A DNA stretch of 64,000 nt from a virus: the IMG/VR virus record IMGVR_UViG_3300037408_000506. One strand, given 5' to 3'. The notes under the pieces were generated by a model that saw only the letters and a program-made list of their open reading frames with translations, was not told the origin of the DNA and did no database searches. Every line of letters starts with the position of its first letter. Within the stretch, counting starts at the first letter, position 1. Positions 51,944 to 60,658 of the stretch are shown piece after piece. The position numbers were made by a program, and so were the translations under genes.

Positions 51944-53731
51944 ATGGATAGCAATGGAACCAGGCTGAGGCAAGCGGGAACGGACAAGGGGAGTGCGAAA
52001 CCGGCGGAGCGGATCGTCGATACGTTGAATCTGGGGCAGTACGGCGTCACGCACCGTGTGGAGGACGGCCAGCGGTGGTGGAACCTGCGGGAGATGTTGC
52101 AGCATCTCGGGTACACGCTCGATTACAATCCGCCGCACGTGGAGGGGGCCCACAAGCGGTTCTTTGCTGTCGAGACGAACCGGGGGCAGCAGCCATATCT
52201 CTACCTGTCCGATGCGGGCATCATCCGGTTCCTGGAGCGGTTGCACAAGAAGAAGGCCCGATCCTTCCGGAACCAGATCGCGGCAGCCCAGGTGGTCGTT
52301 CCGCAGGGGGGCTCCGATCCCATCCCGCAGGCGCCGTCGAGGCCCGTCCCGCAGGAAACCGCTGCACCATCAGTGCCCCGGACAGCCGCATCCGCGAAGG
52401 TTCTCGATCCGGTCGATTTCCATGGGCAGCGACTGACCCTGGTGGATCGGGAGGGGGAACCCTACGTGGCGATGCGGTATGTCGTCGAGGGGATGGGGTT
52501 GGACTGGAAGGCTCAGCATGCGAAGTTGACCAGCGACAATAGTCGTTTCTGCGTGGCGATGATCCGAATGCAGCCTTGGGGGGACTCGCAAGTGCGCGAA
52601 GTTACGTGCATTCCATTGCGAAAGCTGGCCGGATGGCTGTTCACCTTGCAACCGTCGCGGATCAACCTGTTCGTCGCCGACAAGGTGCGGAGGTACCAGG
52701 ACGAGTGCGATGGCGTACTCCAGTCGGCCTGGTCTCGATATGTGGCGAAACAGACCCCAGCGAGCAACGACGCCGCAACGACGCTGAAATCATTGTCGTT
52801 TGAGGACCATCCCGTGCGGATTCAGATGATCGATGGCGAACCGTGGTGGGTGGCGAAGGATGTGGCGGAGATGTTGGGGTATATCTGGAACGGAAGTTCA
52901 CGTATCGAGCATGTTCCTGAAAAATGGAGGGGGGTCACATCCGTTGTGACCCCCTCTGGAAACCAACAAATGGCTTTGTTATCCGAGCAGGGCCTTTACT
53001 GGTTCCTGGCGCGGAGTGACAAGCCGCGAGCGTTGCCCTTCCAGGAGTGGATCGCGGGCGAGGTGTTGCCGAGCATCCGTCGCACGGGACGCTACAGCGC
53101 GTTCCCAGAAGATCCAACGAGGATGGGGTTGCCGGACTTCACCGATCCCATCGCGGCAGCGGAAGGGTGGCTGGCCGAGGCCAAGGGTCGGCGCAAGGCT
53201 GAGATCGAGGCGCGAGCGGCCAAGGAGCGGGCACACATCCTCGCGGCCAAGCTGGCGGAGGACGCTCCATTGGTGGACTTCGCGGAGCGTGTGGAAGCCT
53301 CCCCGACGACGCATCTGGTCGGAGCCGTGGCCAAGATGATCCAGCAGGGTACGGGGATGCCGATGGGGCAAAACCGGCTGTTCGAGTGGTTGCGCGAGAA
53401 CCGCTACCTGCATCAGACGGGGAGCCGCACGAATCAGCCGACTCAGCGCAGCCTGGACCAGGGCTGGTTCGTGTTGCAGGTGCGCAACGTGGAGATTCGG
53501 GATGAATCCCGCGTGAAGTACACGACCCGCGTCACGGGCAAGGGGCTCCTGCACTTCTACGAGCACTTCTACCGGACGGCCATCGAGCTGGGGCTCAAGC
53601 CGCGCGTGCGCCCGGAGCTGGTCACGTCGGCGGAGGTGTTGCGCCAACTACCCCTCTGGGCCGACGAGGATAGTGACCAAGTGGACGAGGATCTTCTCAA
53701 GGAAGCCAAGCGGCGGGTGCCAAAGCCCTAG
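51944..53731 (+). CDS. Phage antirepressor (P22 AR-N + Bro-N + KilA-C/ANT domains)
   Basis: VDFHGQRL...GEPYVAMRYVVEGMGLDWKAQ; SFEDHPVR...GEPWWVAKDVAEMLGY; APLVDFAE...MGQNRLFEWLRE...PTQRSLDQGWF. Start placed at 51944 (AAAGGA SD), downstream of the hairpin. Confidence 0.9.
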   Translation: MDSNGTRLRQAGTDKGSAKPAERIVDTLNLGQYGVTHRVEDGQRWWNLREMLQHLGYTLDYNPPHVEGAHKRFFAVETNRGQQPYLYLSDAGIIRFLERLHKKKARSFRNQIAAAQVVVPQGGSDPIPQAPSRPVPQETAAPSVPRTAASAKVLDPVDFHGQRLTLVDREGEPYVAMRYVVEGMGLDWKAQHAKLTSDNSRFCVAMIRMQPWGDSQVREVTCIPLRKLAGWLFTLQPSRINLFVADKVRRYQDECDGVLQSAWSRYVAKQTPASNDAATTLKSLSFEDHPVRIQMIDGEPWWVAKDVAEMLGYIWNGSSRIEHVPEKWRGVTSVVTPSGNQQMALLSEQGLYWFLARSDKPRALPFQEWIAGEVLPSIRRTGRYSAFPEDPTRMGLPDFTDPIAAAEGWLAEAKGRRKAEIEARAAKERAHILAAKLAEDAPLVDFAERVEASPTTHLVGAVAKMIQQGTGMPMGQNRLFEWLRENRYLHQTGSRTNQPTQRSLDQGWFVLQVRNVEIRDESRVKYTTRVTGKGLLHFYEHFYRTAIELGLKPRVRPELVTSAEVLRQLPLWADEDSDQVDEDLLKEAKRRVPKP

Positions 53732-53733
53732 CA

Positions 53734-53773
53734 GACGTCTGGACGTCTGGACGTCTGGAAGTCTGGACGTTTG
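53734..53773. repeat. Five tandem 8-bp repeats GACGTCTG
   Basis: GACGTCTG x3, GAAGTCTG, GACGTTTG. Confidence 0.9.
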
Positions 53774-53783
53774 GGGTTGGAAC

Positions 53784-53799
53784 GCGAACCCAGGTTCGC
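53784..53799. promoter_or_regulatory. 16-bp palindrome copy 10
   Basis: GCGAACCCAGGTTCGC, 3 nt upstream of a TTGACA -35. Confidence 0.85.
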
Positions 53800-53802
53800 T
53801 TG

Positions 53803-53831
53803 TTGACAAACACGGGCGTGGCGGTTAGATT
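53803..53831 (+). promoter_or_regulatory. sigma70-type promoter
   Basis: TTGACA-N17-TAGATT. Confidence 0.75.
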
Positions 53832-53873
53832 GAGAGGCGAGATGGCGGGCGCGATGCTCGCCGGGAGGTGTCC

Positions 53874-54158
53874 ATGGAAGTCAAGCAGATCAACCGCGTC
53901 GATGACGAGCCCCTACGCCAAGCGATCCTCGACGAGATCATGCAGGCGATCACGGTCCGCGTGGTCGCTGGGGTGGTCCATCTTGAGTCCCTGCGGGGGC
54001 TGGCCACGGTGGCGACCGCTGGCAGCATCGTGACCATCGAGTACCGGGGCAAGGCGTCGGGGGTGGCGTACCAGTTTTGGATGGACAAGGAACACGCCTC
54101 CGTGCGGGCGCTCGGGGCGCAGTTGCGGCGCCTCCGGGACGCGCAGCGGGCGGCGTAG
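53874..54158 (+). CDS. Hypothetical early protein
   Basis: GGGAGG SD. Confidence 0.6.
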   Translation: MEVKQINRVDDEPLRQAILDEIMQAITVRVVAGVVHLESLRGLATVATAGSIVTIEYRGKASGVAYQFWMDKEHASVRALGAQLRRLRDAQRAA

Positions 54159-54167
54159 GGAGGGTGT

Positions 54168-54479
54168 ATGTTGAAAGTGCAGAAGAAGGACGGCGTGTGG
54201 CAGGCGCGTCTTGTCGGGCGCCCGTCCAAGGATCTGATCACGGCGCTGCGATCCCTGTTCGAGGTCGCGCATGTGATTGGTCCGCTGGAAAAAGTGATCT
54301 GCGATGACTCTTGCCTGGGTCGGGACTGCGATGAGTGCGAGATCGGCGGGTGCGATCCGGTCGAGGCGGCAGAGTCGTTTGCAACGCAGATGGAGATCGA
54401 TTTCCCGGTGATGTGCGGGTTTAGCGTCGAGGACGTCAACAAGTGGGACGTCCCGATAGATCCCACGACGTTCAAATGA
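54168..54479 (+). CDS. Hypothetical Cys-rich protein
   Basis: GGAGGG SD; CDDSC..CDEC. Confidence 0.55.
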   Translation: MLKVQKKDGVWQARLVGRPSKDLITALRSLFEVAHVIGPLEKVICDDSCLGRDCDECEIGGCDPVEAAESFATQMEIDFPVMCGFSVEDVNKWDVPIDPTTFK

Positions 54480-54646
54480 GGAGCCAGTACTACATCGTGT
54501 GCCCCCGGTGCCAGCGCCAGTACGAGGTGCGCGAGGTGCGTCCCTACCGCGTCGCCGAGGGGCCGATGGGGGACGACATCGTGACGTTCAACTGCCCGCA
54601 TTGCCAACAGCGCGACGTGGTGTCGCCCATCAGGAGGGATCGATGA
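54476..54646 (+). CDS. Zinc-ribbon protein
   Basis: CPRC...CPHC; ATGA overlap. Confidence 0.6.
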   Translation: MRSQYYIVCPRCQRQYEVREVRPYRVAEGPMGDDIVTFNCPHCQQRDVVSPIRRDR

Positions 54647-54927
54647 ACCCGAACAACTTGCAGGGGCCGCTCGTTCACCTCAACGGCACGAGCGCGACAG
54701 AGCTGGAGGCGCAGATGCGGGCGTGCGGCGACACGCTGCGGGCCGCGCTGAACGCGCTGTACCTGGCCGCGCCCAACGCGCGGGACTACTACCCGCTGGG
54801 CGACTGCGCGTTCGCGGAGGCGCAGGCCCGCCACATGGGTCGGATCATGGCGGTGGAGGCGGTCTTCAAGGGGTGCCAGGCGATCCTGGAAGAGATCGTG
54901 GACCAGGTGGACGCGCGGGGGCGGTGA
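54643..54927 (+). CDS. Hypothetical protein (PLVHLNGT...APNARDYYP)
   Basis: AGGAGGG SD. Confidence 0.6.
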   Translation: MNPNNLQGPLVHLNGTSATELEAQMRACGDTLRAALNALYLAAPNARDYYPLGDCAFAEAQARHMGRIMAVEAVFKGCQAILEEIVDQVDARGR

Positions 54928-54930
54928 CCC

Positions 54931-55107
54931 ATGCGGGACCATGCCCTGACGATCCTGGTGCAACGGATGTTGAATCGGCGCTACACTGTCCGCTGGGAGC
55001 TGCTGGACGCGGAGTCGCAGCGTGAGGTTGCGCGGCTGCTCCGCGACCTGGAAGACGACCGGCTGGCGGCGGAACGCCGTGCGAGACGGGCACCGTGGAG
55101 AACGTGA
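54931..55107 (+). CDS. Small hypothetical protein (below ORF-track cutoff)
   Basis: 58 aa; fills the gap and overlaps the next ATG. Confidence 0.45.
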   Translation: MRDHALTILVQRMLNRRYTVRWELLDAESQREVARLLRDLEDDRLAAERRARRAPWRT

Positions 55108-55286
55108 TGACCGAACGGGACGCGGGGGAAGTGCGGGACGTGACGTGGTTGCTGTGGTCAGACGAGGGGGAGGAGCCGCTGACCCCGCTGGCGTCCTTGC
55201 AGGCGCGCGTGCGGGCGGCCGAGCGGGCCCGACTGGACCCCGAGAGCCTCGCGCTCTGGGATGCGATCCATGCCCCCTACTTCTGA
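55107..55286 (+). CDS. Small hypothetical protein
   Basis: TGATG coupling. Confidence 0.45.
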   Translation: MTERDAGEVRDVTWLLWSDEGEEPLTPLASLQARVRAAERARLDPESLALWDAIHAPYF

Positions 55287-55524
55287 GCAGATCTGGTTGT
55301 TCGATCCTGGGCCGGTCACGGAGAGCGTGCGGCTCCTCGACCGGCGCATGTTGGTGCGCGAGGTCTGCCGTCACGCGCGATCTCGCCTGCTGCGCCACGT
55401 GGCCGACGGCCTCGGGATCAGCTACTCGACGTTCCTACGATGGCGCCGGGACGATCCGGCGCTGAACCCGCTCCTCGATGTGGTGCGGGATCGCAAGCGG
55501 GCGGCGCGGCGCGGTAGACGTTGA
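55270..55524 (+). CDS. Helix-turn-helix DNA-binding protein
   Basis: LRHVADGLGISYSTFLRWRRDDP HTH pattern. Confidence 0.7.
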   Translation: MPPTSEQIWLFDPGPVTESVRLLDRRMLVREVCRHARSRLLRHVADGLGISYSTFLRWRRDDPALNPLLDVVRDRKRAARRGRR

Positions 55525-55549
55525 CAAACGCCCTGGCCTGGGGGATATT
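55521..55549 (+). promoter_or_regulatory. sigma70-type promoter (weaker -10)
   Basis: TTGACAAACG...N17-GATATT. Confidence 0.5.
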
Positions 55550-55579
55550 CGGGGGGTCCAAACGTCACCTGGAGGGTCT

Positions 55580-56230
55580 ATGGATTTGGAAACGCAGGGC
55601 GAGGGGGCGCTGATGGCCCACTGTCAAAGTCGCATCGACCTGACGGCGGCGCCGATCTCGGCCTCCGCTCCCCCCGTCGACGAGATGCAGTTGCGCCAGG
55701 AGTGGCGGACGCCGCCCAAGTTCCTGGCGGCGCTCTCGCGGGAGTTCGCCATCGGGGTGGACGTGGCGTCGAGCGACGACAACGCCGTGGCGCGCAACCA
55801 CCTGACGCGGGAGATGGACGGCCTGTCCCGGTCGTGGTTCCGCCTGGAGGACGCGGGGCATGTGGTGCATTACCCGCGCGTGGCCTGGTGCAATCCGGGC
55901 TTCAAAGATCTCGGCGCGTGGGTGGCCAAGGCGATCCAAGAGGTGGACGCGAACCCGGGGTGCGTCGCCCTGATCATGGGCACGGCGGCCCCGTCCACGA
56001 TCTGGTGGGCGCGGGCGCTGGCGGCGGGGGCGGAGATTCGCCTGCTCGCCCCGCGCGTGCAGTTCGTGGCTCCGCCGGGCATCAAGCAATCGAGCAATGC
56101 GCGCGAGAACGCGCTGGTCATCATCCGGAGCCAGGTGGGCGGCGCCGCAATCATGCGGGAGCGCCGGGCGCATATCTGGACGTGGCGGTGGGACGCCGAG
56201 GCGGCGCTCACCAACAGCGAGGAGTCATGA
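55580..56230 (+). CDS. Phage N6-adenine DNA methyltransferase (lambda-Dam-like family)
   Basis: EWRTP...DVASSDDNA...DGLSRSW...WCNPGF...AWVAKA...IRLL..RVQF; catalytic motif is NPGF rather than NPPY/F. Confidence 0.75.
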   Translation: MDLETQGEGALMAHCQSRIDLTAAPISASAPPVDEMQLRQEWRTPPKFLAALSREFAIGVDVASSDDNAVARNHLTREMDGLSRSWFRLEDAGHVVHYPRVAWCNPGFKDLGAWVAKAIQEVDANPGCVALIMGTAAPSTIWWARALAAGAEIRLLAPRVQFVAPPGIKQSSNARENALVIIRSQVGGAAIMRERRAHIWTWRWDAEAALTNSEES

Positions 56231-56586
56231 AGGAACTGATCATTAGCGGCGGGAGCGACGACCTGATCGAGATCGGGGGATGCCTGTCGGACGAGTTTGG
56301 GGCCTACGACGGAGCGCAGGAGGGGTTGGGCGAGGTGATCGACCTGTGCGTGGGCGGCCAGCCGGTGGCCTGCGTCCACTGCTTCTACGACGGCTGCTGG
56401 TTCTTCGGGTTCGTCGGGACGGACGACACCGAGGACGGGGACCGCGTGACCATGCCGGAGGGATGGAAAGTGGAGGTGCGGGCGTGCGGCGACCGGGAGG
56501 GCGACATCGCCCCGTACTCCATGAGCGTGCATATCTTCCTGCCAGACGACTGCGACATCAGTGCGGTGCAGCGTCGGGTGGACTAG
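56227..56586 (+). CDS. Hypothetical acidic phage protein (I.GxSDDLIEIxG)
   Basis: GAGGAG SD. Confidence 0.6.
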   Translation: MKELIISGGSDDLIEIGGCLSDEFGAYDGAQEGLGEVIDLCVGGQPVACVHCFYDGCWFFGFVGTDDTEDGDRVTMPEGWKVEVRACGDREGDIAPYSMSVHIFLPDDCDISAVQRRVD

Positions 56587-56587
56587 G

Positions 56588-56851
56588 ATGCCCGAGCACC
56601 ATCGCATGGCCCGCCTGTCAGCCCTCAAGCGCGATGACCGGGATCGGCTGGTGCAGCAGATCCTGGACGCGGCCAAGGCGCTGTACGAGCGCAACCTGCT
56701 GCGCAGCTACGACCTGATCGTGGACCAGGACGACATGGGGCCATGCGAGGATCGCACGGGCAAGCCGGGAGACAACCTGTTCTACTCGCAGCACAAGAGC
56801 TGCGACGTGCGCATCAACGTGACCTTGGTGGTGCGCGCCATAGATCGCTGA
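56588..56851 (+). CDS. Hypothetical protein
   Basis: Follows the upstream stop by 1 nt. Confidence 0.5.
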   Translation: MPEHHRMARLSALKRDDRDRLVQQILDAAKALYERNLLRSYDLIVDQDDMGPCEDRTGKPGDNLFYSQHKSCDVRINVTLVVRAIDR

Positions 56852-56859
56852 CGGACACC

Positions 56860-57246
56860 ATGAATCGAGATGACACCGACAAGATCGTGACGTTGGAGGA
56901 AGTCCGCGCCCAGATCCGGGAGCGGGAGGCGGAGCTGGCGCGGCTGCACGGGGACGTCGATCCGACCCACGCGGTGGGGCGCGTGCAGGCCCGGGACGAG
57001 GCCCTGGAGCGGATGTGCGTGGCGCTCCAGTACCTCCAGAACTCCCTGGGCGAGGTGCAGGCCACGCGGGCCCGCCTGGACCTGGAGCGCGGGACCATCC
57101 TGCGCGAGCTGCGGGACACCCGGGCGCGGGCGGAGACGCTGGACGCGGAGTTGCGGAGCGTGCGGTTGGCCCACCGGGAGGTCGACCGCCAGATGGAGAC
57201 TCATGAGCCCGACGATCCTGACGCAGCGCCTCCGGGCGCTCGCTGA
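56860..57246 (+). CDS. Coiled-coil hypothetical protein
   Basis: Heptad-rich. Confidence 0.5.
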   Translation: MNRDDTDKIVTLEEVRAQIREREAELARLHGDVDPTHAVGRVQARDEALERMCVALQYLQNSLGEVQATRARLDLERGTILRELRDTRARAETLDAELRSVRLAHREVDRQMETHEPDDPDAAPPGAR

Positions 57247-57655
57247 GCACCCCTCCACCCCGCCCGAGGAGCGCGACAGCGCCCTGCGGCGCCTGGCGGA
57301 GCTGGAGGCCAAGTCCACCCCGCCGCCTCCGGCACCAACGGTGCGCGCGAAGTTGGGCCGGGTCCGGGCGCGGCCCGTGGTCCGGGGGCTCCCCGTGCGC
57401 TGGCCCTTTGGCTGGGACGGCCCGCGTCTGCCCGTGGAGCGCGAGGTTGCCGGGGACGGACGTGGGGGCATCGCCGTGGGCTGGAAGTGCCCGTCCTGCG
57501 GGGGACAGGTCGAGCGGATCCTGTCGCGGGCGGACATCACCCGGATGTCGCCCCCCGGACGGGAAAGCCTGGTCCAGCCGCACATCACCCACATGGTTGA
57601 CGGGACCATGAACCAGCTCTGCTTGGCGTGCTGGGATCGCTGGGAGGCGTTCTGA
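57203..57655 (+). CDS. Hypothetical protein, DUF2786-like N-terminus plus CxxC
   Basis: RLRALAEHPSTPPEERDSALRRL; CPSC...CLAC. Confidence 0.5.
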   Translation: MSPTILTQRLRALAEHPSTPPEERDSALRRLAELEAKSTPPPPAPTVRAKLGRVRARPVVRGLPVRWPFGWDGPRLPVEREVAGDGRGGIAVGWKCPSCGGQVERILSRADITRMSPPGRESLVQPHITHMVDGTMNQLCLACWDRWEAF

Positions 57656-57656
57656 G

Positions 57657-57672
57657 GCGAACCCAGGTTCGC
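57657..57672. promoter_or_regulatory. 16-bp palindrome copy 11
   Basis: GCGAACCCAGGTTCGC, 1 nt after the stop and 14 nt upstream of a -35. Confidence 0.85.
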
Positions 57673-57686
57673 GTGTCAATTTCCGG

Positions 57687-57714
57687 TTGACAAACGCAGT
57701 AGGCGGGTTAAATT
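57687..57714 (+). promoter_or_regulatory. sigma70-type promoter
   Basis: TTGACA-N16-TAAATT. Confidence 0.7.
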
Positions 57715-57768
57715 TAGAGGCGAGGGCGCGATGCCTGGCAATGGATGCCGGGTGCCCAAGGAGGCTTC

Positions 57769-58185
57769 ATGTACCTTCATTCCTGCAAGCCGAACGCGAA
57801 GCGCGATGCCAAGAAGGACCGTACCGGCCAGAGCAATATCGTGGCCCTCTACCGCCGCACGCGGAAGGGCCAATATCAGAACGTGAACGGGCAGGACATT
57901 GGCGTGGCGGGCGTGAACGGGTCTGACTATTACGAGATCCGCATCGGCGTCGACGGCGTGCTGTACTGCTCGTGCCCGGACTACAAGTTCCGGGGCCACC
58001 GTTGGAATCGCGAGCACGCGAGCCACTACGCCTGCAAGCACATCGCGGCGGCCCTGGCCCACTTCGGGACGATGGCACAGCGCGGCATCTCGATGGACAG
58101 CGAGATGATCGTGTACAAGCCCGAGGTGCTGGTCGCCGAGGCCGCGCGTCTCGCCGCCGCCGCTGCCGCCGCGAGGACCGCATGA
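57769..58185 (+). CDS. SWIM zinc-finger protein
   Basis: YEIRI...YCSCPDY...ACKHIAA; AAGGAGG SD. Confidence 0.85.
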   Translation: MYLHSCKPNAKRDAKKDRTGQSNIVALYRRTRKGQYQNVNGQDIGVAGVNGSDYYEIRIGVDGVLYCSCPDYKFRGHRWNREHASHYACKHIAAALAHFGTMAQRGISMDSEMIVYKPEVLVAEAARLAAAAAAARTA

Positions 58186-58337
58186 AAAAACGTGGAGAAG
58201 CGGAGCGGGCCGCCAAACCCGCGCCTGTGACACGGCTGCCACGTCGCACGAGCCCGCGCCAACTGGCATCGCAGGCCGCACGCCAGACGGCGGCCTTGGA
58301 GGCTGCCAGGGCGCTGCTTGAGGAGGTCAACCGATGA
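58182..58337 (+). CDS. Small basic protein
   Basis: GAGGA SD, ATGA overlaps at both ends. Confidence 0.45.
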   Translation: MKKRGEAERAAKPAPVTRLPRRTSPRQLASQAARQTAALEAARALLEEVNR

Positions 58338-58756
58338 CTGGGCCAGAGCGCTGCCCCATTTGCGGGGATGCCCTTGAGGCTGGTCGGACCGTGGGGATCG
58401 GGGGCTGGAAGGTCTGTACCCATCATTGGGTACGGATCATGCCCAGTAAGTACGCCTCGCGTTGCCACGAGTGCCTTGGGCCAATCCTGCCGGGCGAGGA
58501 GATCGTGTTGTCGAAGGACAATAAGGACTCGCGGTGGGTGGTGTTCCACCGGAAGGACCGCTGCGATGGAACAATGCAGGTTTCTGCGAACGCGCAGAGT
58601 GGACCATGGGCGGTCCTGTACCTCGTACCGGGGGCGCCCCCCGAGGTCATCAAGGCGGTGTACCGGGCGCTTTCCCAGCAGTACCACCCGGATCGGGGCG
58701 GGGACGTGGCCAAGATGCAGGAACTCAACGCGGCCATGGCCGCGCTGATCAAGTAG
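58334..58756 (+). CDS. Zn-binding plus C-terminal J-domain protein
   Basis: WAVLYL.PGA..EVIKAVYRAL...YHPDRGG...MQELNAA with intact HPD. Confidence 0.85.
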   Translation: MTGPERCPICGDALEAGRTVGIGGWKVCTHHWVRIMPSKYASRCHECLGPILPGEEIVLSKDNKDSRWVVFHRKDRCDGTMQVSANAQSGPWAVLYLVPGAPPEVIKAVYRALSQQYHPDRGGDVAKMQELNAAMAALIK

Positions 58757-58759
58757 GAG

Positions 58760-59227
58760 ATGGCAATGGAAAAGAAACTGATGGTCCTGTCGATGCTCGA
58801 TGCGGCGATCCGGCTGGCGGTGGCCCATCACGCGGGCCAGCAGGACAAGGGCGGGCGCGCGTACATCCTGCACCCGCTGCGGGTCATGAACGCGGTGCGC
58901 GACCTGGGCGAGGAGGCGATGGCGGCAGCGGTGCTGCACGACATCGTGGAGGATACGAGCGTGACGCTGGACGACCTGCGTGCGATGGCGTTCCCCGAGT
59001 CGGTGGTGCGTGCCGTGGACCTCCTGACCCGCCCTCCGGCAGGGGCGCCCGACCGGCCAACGTATCGCGCCTTCGTGGAGCGCATCCGGGAGAGCGGCGA
59101 TCCGATTGCGCGGGCGGTCAAACTGGCCGACCTGCGGGACAATCTGGGGCGCATTGGCGAGCTGCCCGCGACGGAGCGGGGGATCGCGCGACGGTATGAG
59201 GAGGCGATCCGCACGTTGGAGGGATGA
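58760..59227 (+). CDS. HD-domain small alarmone hydrolase-like (SpoT/Mesh1 HD family)
   Basis: HAGQQDKGG.AYILHPLRV...AAVLHDIVEDT...VKLADLRDN. Confidence 0.85.
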   Translation: MAMEKKLMVLSMLDAAIRLAVAHHAGQQDKGGRAYILHPLRVMNAVRDLGEEAMAAAVLHDIVEDTSVTLDDLRAMAFPESVVRAVDLLTRPPAGAPDRPTYRAFVERIRESGDPIARAVKLADLRDNLGRIGELPATERGIARRYEEAIRTLEG

Positions 59228-59928
59228 CGGCGGACGCGCATGAGCGGAAGGAGTTCGTGATGATCGGAGACATTCTCAACAAACAGGGTGACGGGGCCGG
59301 GGAGATCGACCGTCCGGCCCAGACCCGCTCGTGCGAGATCATGTTCCTGCTGGACAGCAGCGGGAGCATGGACGAATTCGCTAGCGAGGCGGTAGAGCAG
59401 TTCAACGCCTTCTTGGCGGAGCAGCGGCGGCATGCGCAGCCGGACGCGCTGATGAGCCTGTCGCTGTTCAACGAGGACATCCAGGTGATCACGGAGGGCC
59501 AGTCGATTGTGGGGTTCTGTCGCCTGTCGCTGGACGATTACGATCCAGACGGGAACACCGCCCTGGTGGATGCCCTGGGGAAGACGATTGCGAGCGGCAT
59601 GACGCGGCATGCGCTGACGGAGCGGCCCGTGCGCACGCTGGTGGTGCTCTTGACGGACGGGCGGGAAAACGCCAGTCGCAAGTACACGATCCCAACGGTG
59701 CGGAGCATGGTCGAGCGCGCTCGGCGGCACTTTGGGTGGGAGTTCCTCGTGATCGGCGTGGGCGTGGATGCGAGCGAGATCGCGCGAGATCTGGGCATCC
59801 TGCCGCACCTGGCGCTCTCGGTGGCGCGGGGGCCGGACAGCCTGCGGGCGGCGTTCCAGGCGGCGAGCGGGGCGTCCTGTGCGGCACTGCGCGGGGAAGA
59901 GATCAAGCTTCTAGCAGGAGGGAAATGA
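59224..59928 (+). CDS. von Willebrand factor A domain protein
   Basis: MIDAS LLDSSGSM, G.TAL.DA, LTDGRENAS. Confidence 0.85.
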   Translation: MTADAHERKEFVMIGDILNKQGDGAGEIDRPAQTRSCEIMFLLDSSGSMDEFASEAVEQFNAFLAEQRRHAQPDALMSLSLFNEDIQVITEGQSIVGFCRLSLDDYDPDGNTALVDALGKTIASGMTRHALTERPVRTLVVLLTDGRENASRKYTIPTVRSMVERARRHFGWEFLVIGVGVDASEIARDLGILPHLALSVARGPDSLRAAFQAASGASCAALRGEEIKLLAGGK

Positions 59929-60068
59929 CGATGGCCTGCATGGAACACTTTTGCACGCGCTGCTCGTGGACGTCTTTCAGCAACGATGGGGGACCGGCGG
60001 TGTGTCCCAAATGCGGGGCGCCGGTCAATCATGCGTTCGATGAGGAGCCCGACGATGACGACGAATAG
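59925..60068 (+). CDS. Small zinc-ribbon protein with acidic tail
   Basis: CTRC...CPKC; AGGAGG SD. Confidence 0.6.
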   Translation: MTMACMEHFCTRCSWTSFSNDGGPAVCPKCGAPVNHAFDEEPDDDDE

Positions 60069-60456
60069 GCGCGAGACGCTGCTGGCGGCGATGCGCGAGA
60101 CGATGCAGGCGGCGAACGCGCGGCTGGCGTGCCTGCACTGCGGGGTCAGCGGGGGCATGGCGCTCCAGTTGGCGGACGGGCGCCTCGTGCGGGCCTGCGA
60201 GTCGTGCCTGCGGATGGATTTCCTGATCGATTGGGCGCGGGGCGAGCGGGTCTTCGAGGTGGCCGGGGCCGATGCCCAGGAAAGGGGGGATCAGTTGTGC
60301 CGGTGCCATATGTGCGGCGTCGTGGAGCGTTGCACGCCGGAGGCGGATTTCTACGGCCTTGAGGGGGAGCGTCTTGTCTGCGAACGGTGCTTGCCAGCGC
60401 AGATTGGGTTATCGGGACCGTTGGTGCGGCAGGAAGGACCAGACGATCATGGGTAA
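60055..60456 (+). CDS. Multi-CxxC hypothetical protein
   Basis: CLHC, CESC, CHMC, CERC. Confidence 0.5.
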   Translation: MTTNRRETLLAAMRETMQAANARLACLHCGVSGGMALQLADGRLVRACESCLRMDFLIDWARGERVFEVAGADAQERGDQLCRCHMCGVVERCTPEADFYGLEGERLVCERCLPAQIGLSGPLVRQEGPDDHG

Positions 60457-60649
60457 CACGATCCCGACGATGCTGGACCGTTGTGCGGACGGCGTGTACC
60501 GGGAGCACGCCCTGGACGACGTCTCGGTGTCGCCGCTGTATCGGTTGCGCGTGTGCGAGATCTGCGACTCGGAGTTCCGGGCGACCCATCGCAACCAGCG
60601 GAGGTGCCCGCTGTGCGAGGATGTTGCGTCCGTTTCCAGAGCGCGCTAG
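60449..60649 (+). CDS. Zinc-ribbon hypothetical protein
   Basis: CEIC...CPLC. Confidence 0.5.
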   Translation: MGNTIPTMLDRCADGVYREHALDDVSVSPLYRLRVCEICDSEFRATHRNQRRCPLCEDVASVSRAR

Positions 60650-60658
60650 CATGGGGGC

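Noticed and set aside
51113-57679. Leftward promoters from TGTCAA next to palindrome copies 9 and 11
   Set aside because: No TAnnnT-like -10 at 16-18 nt spacing on the minus strand.
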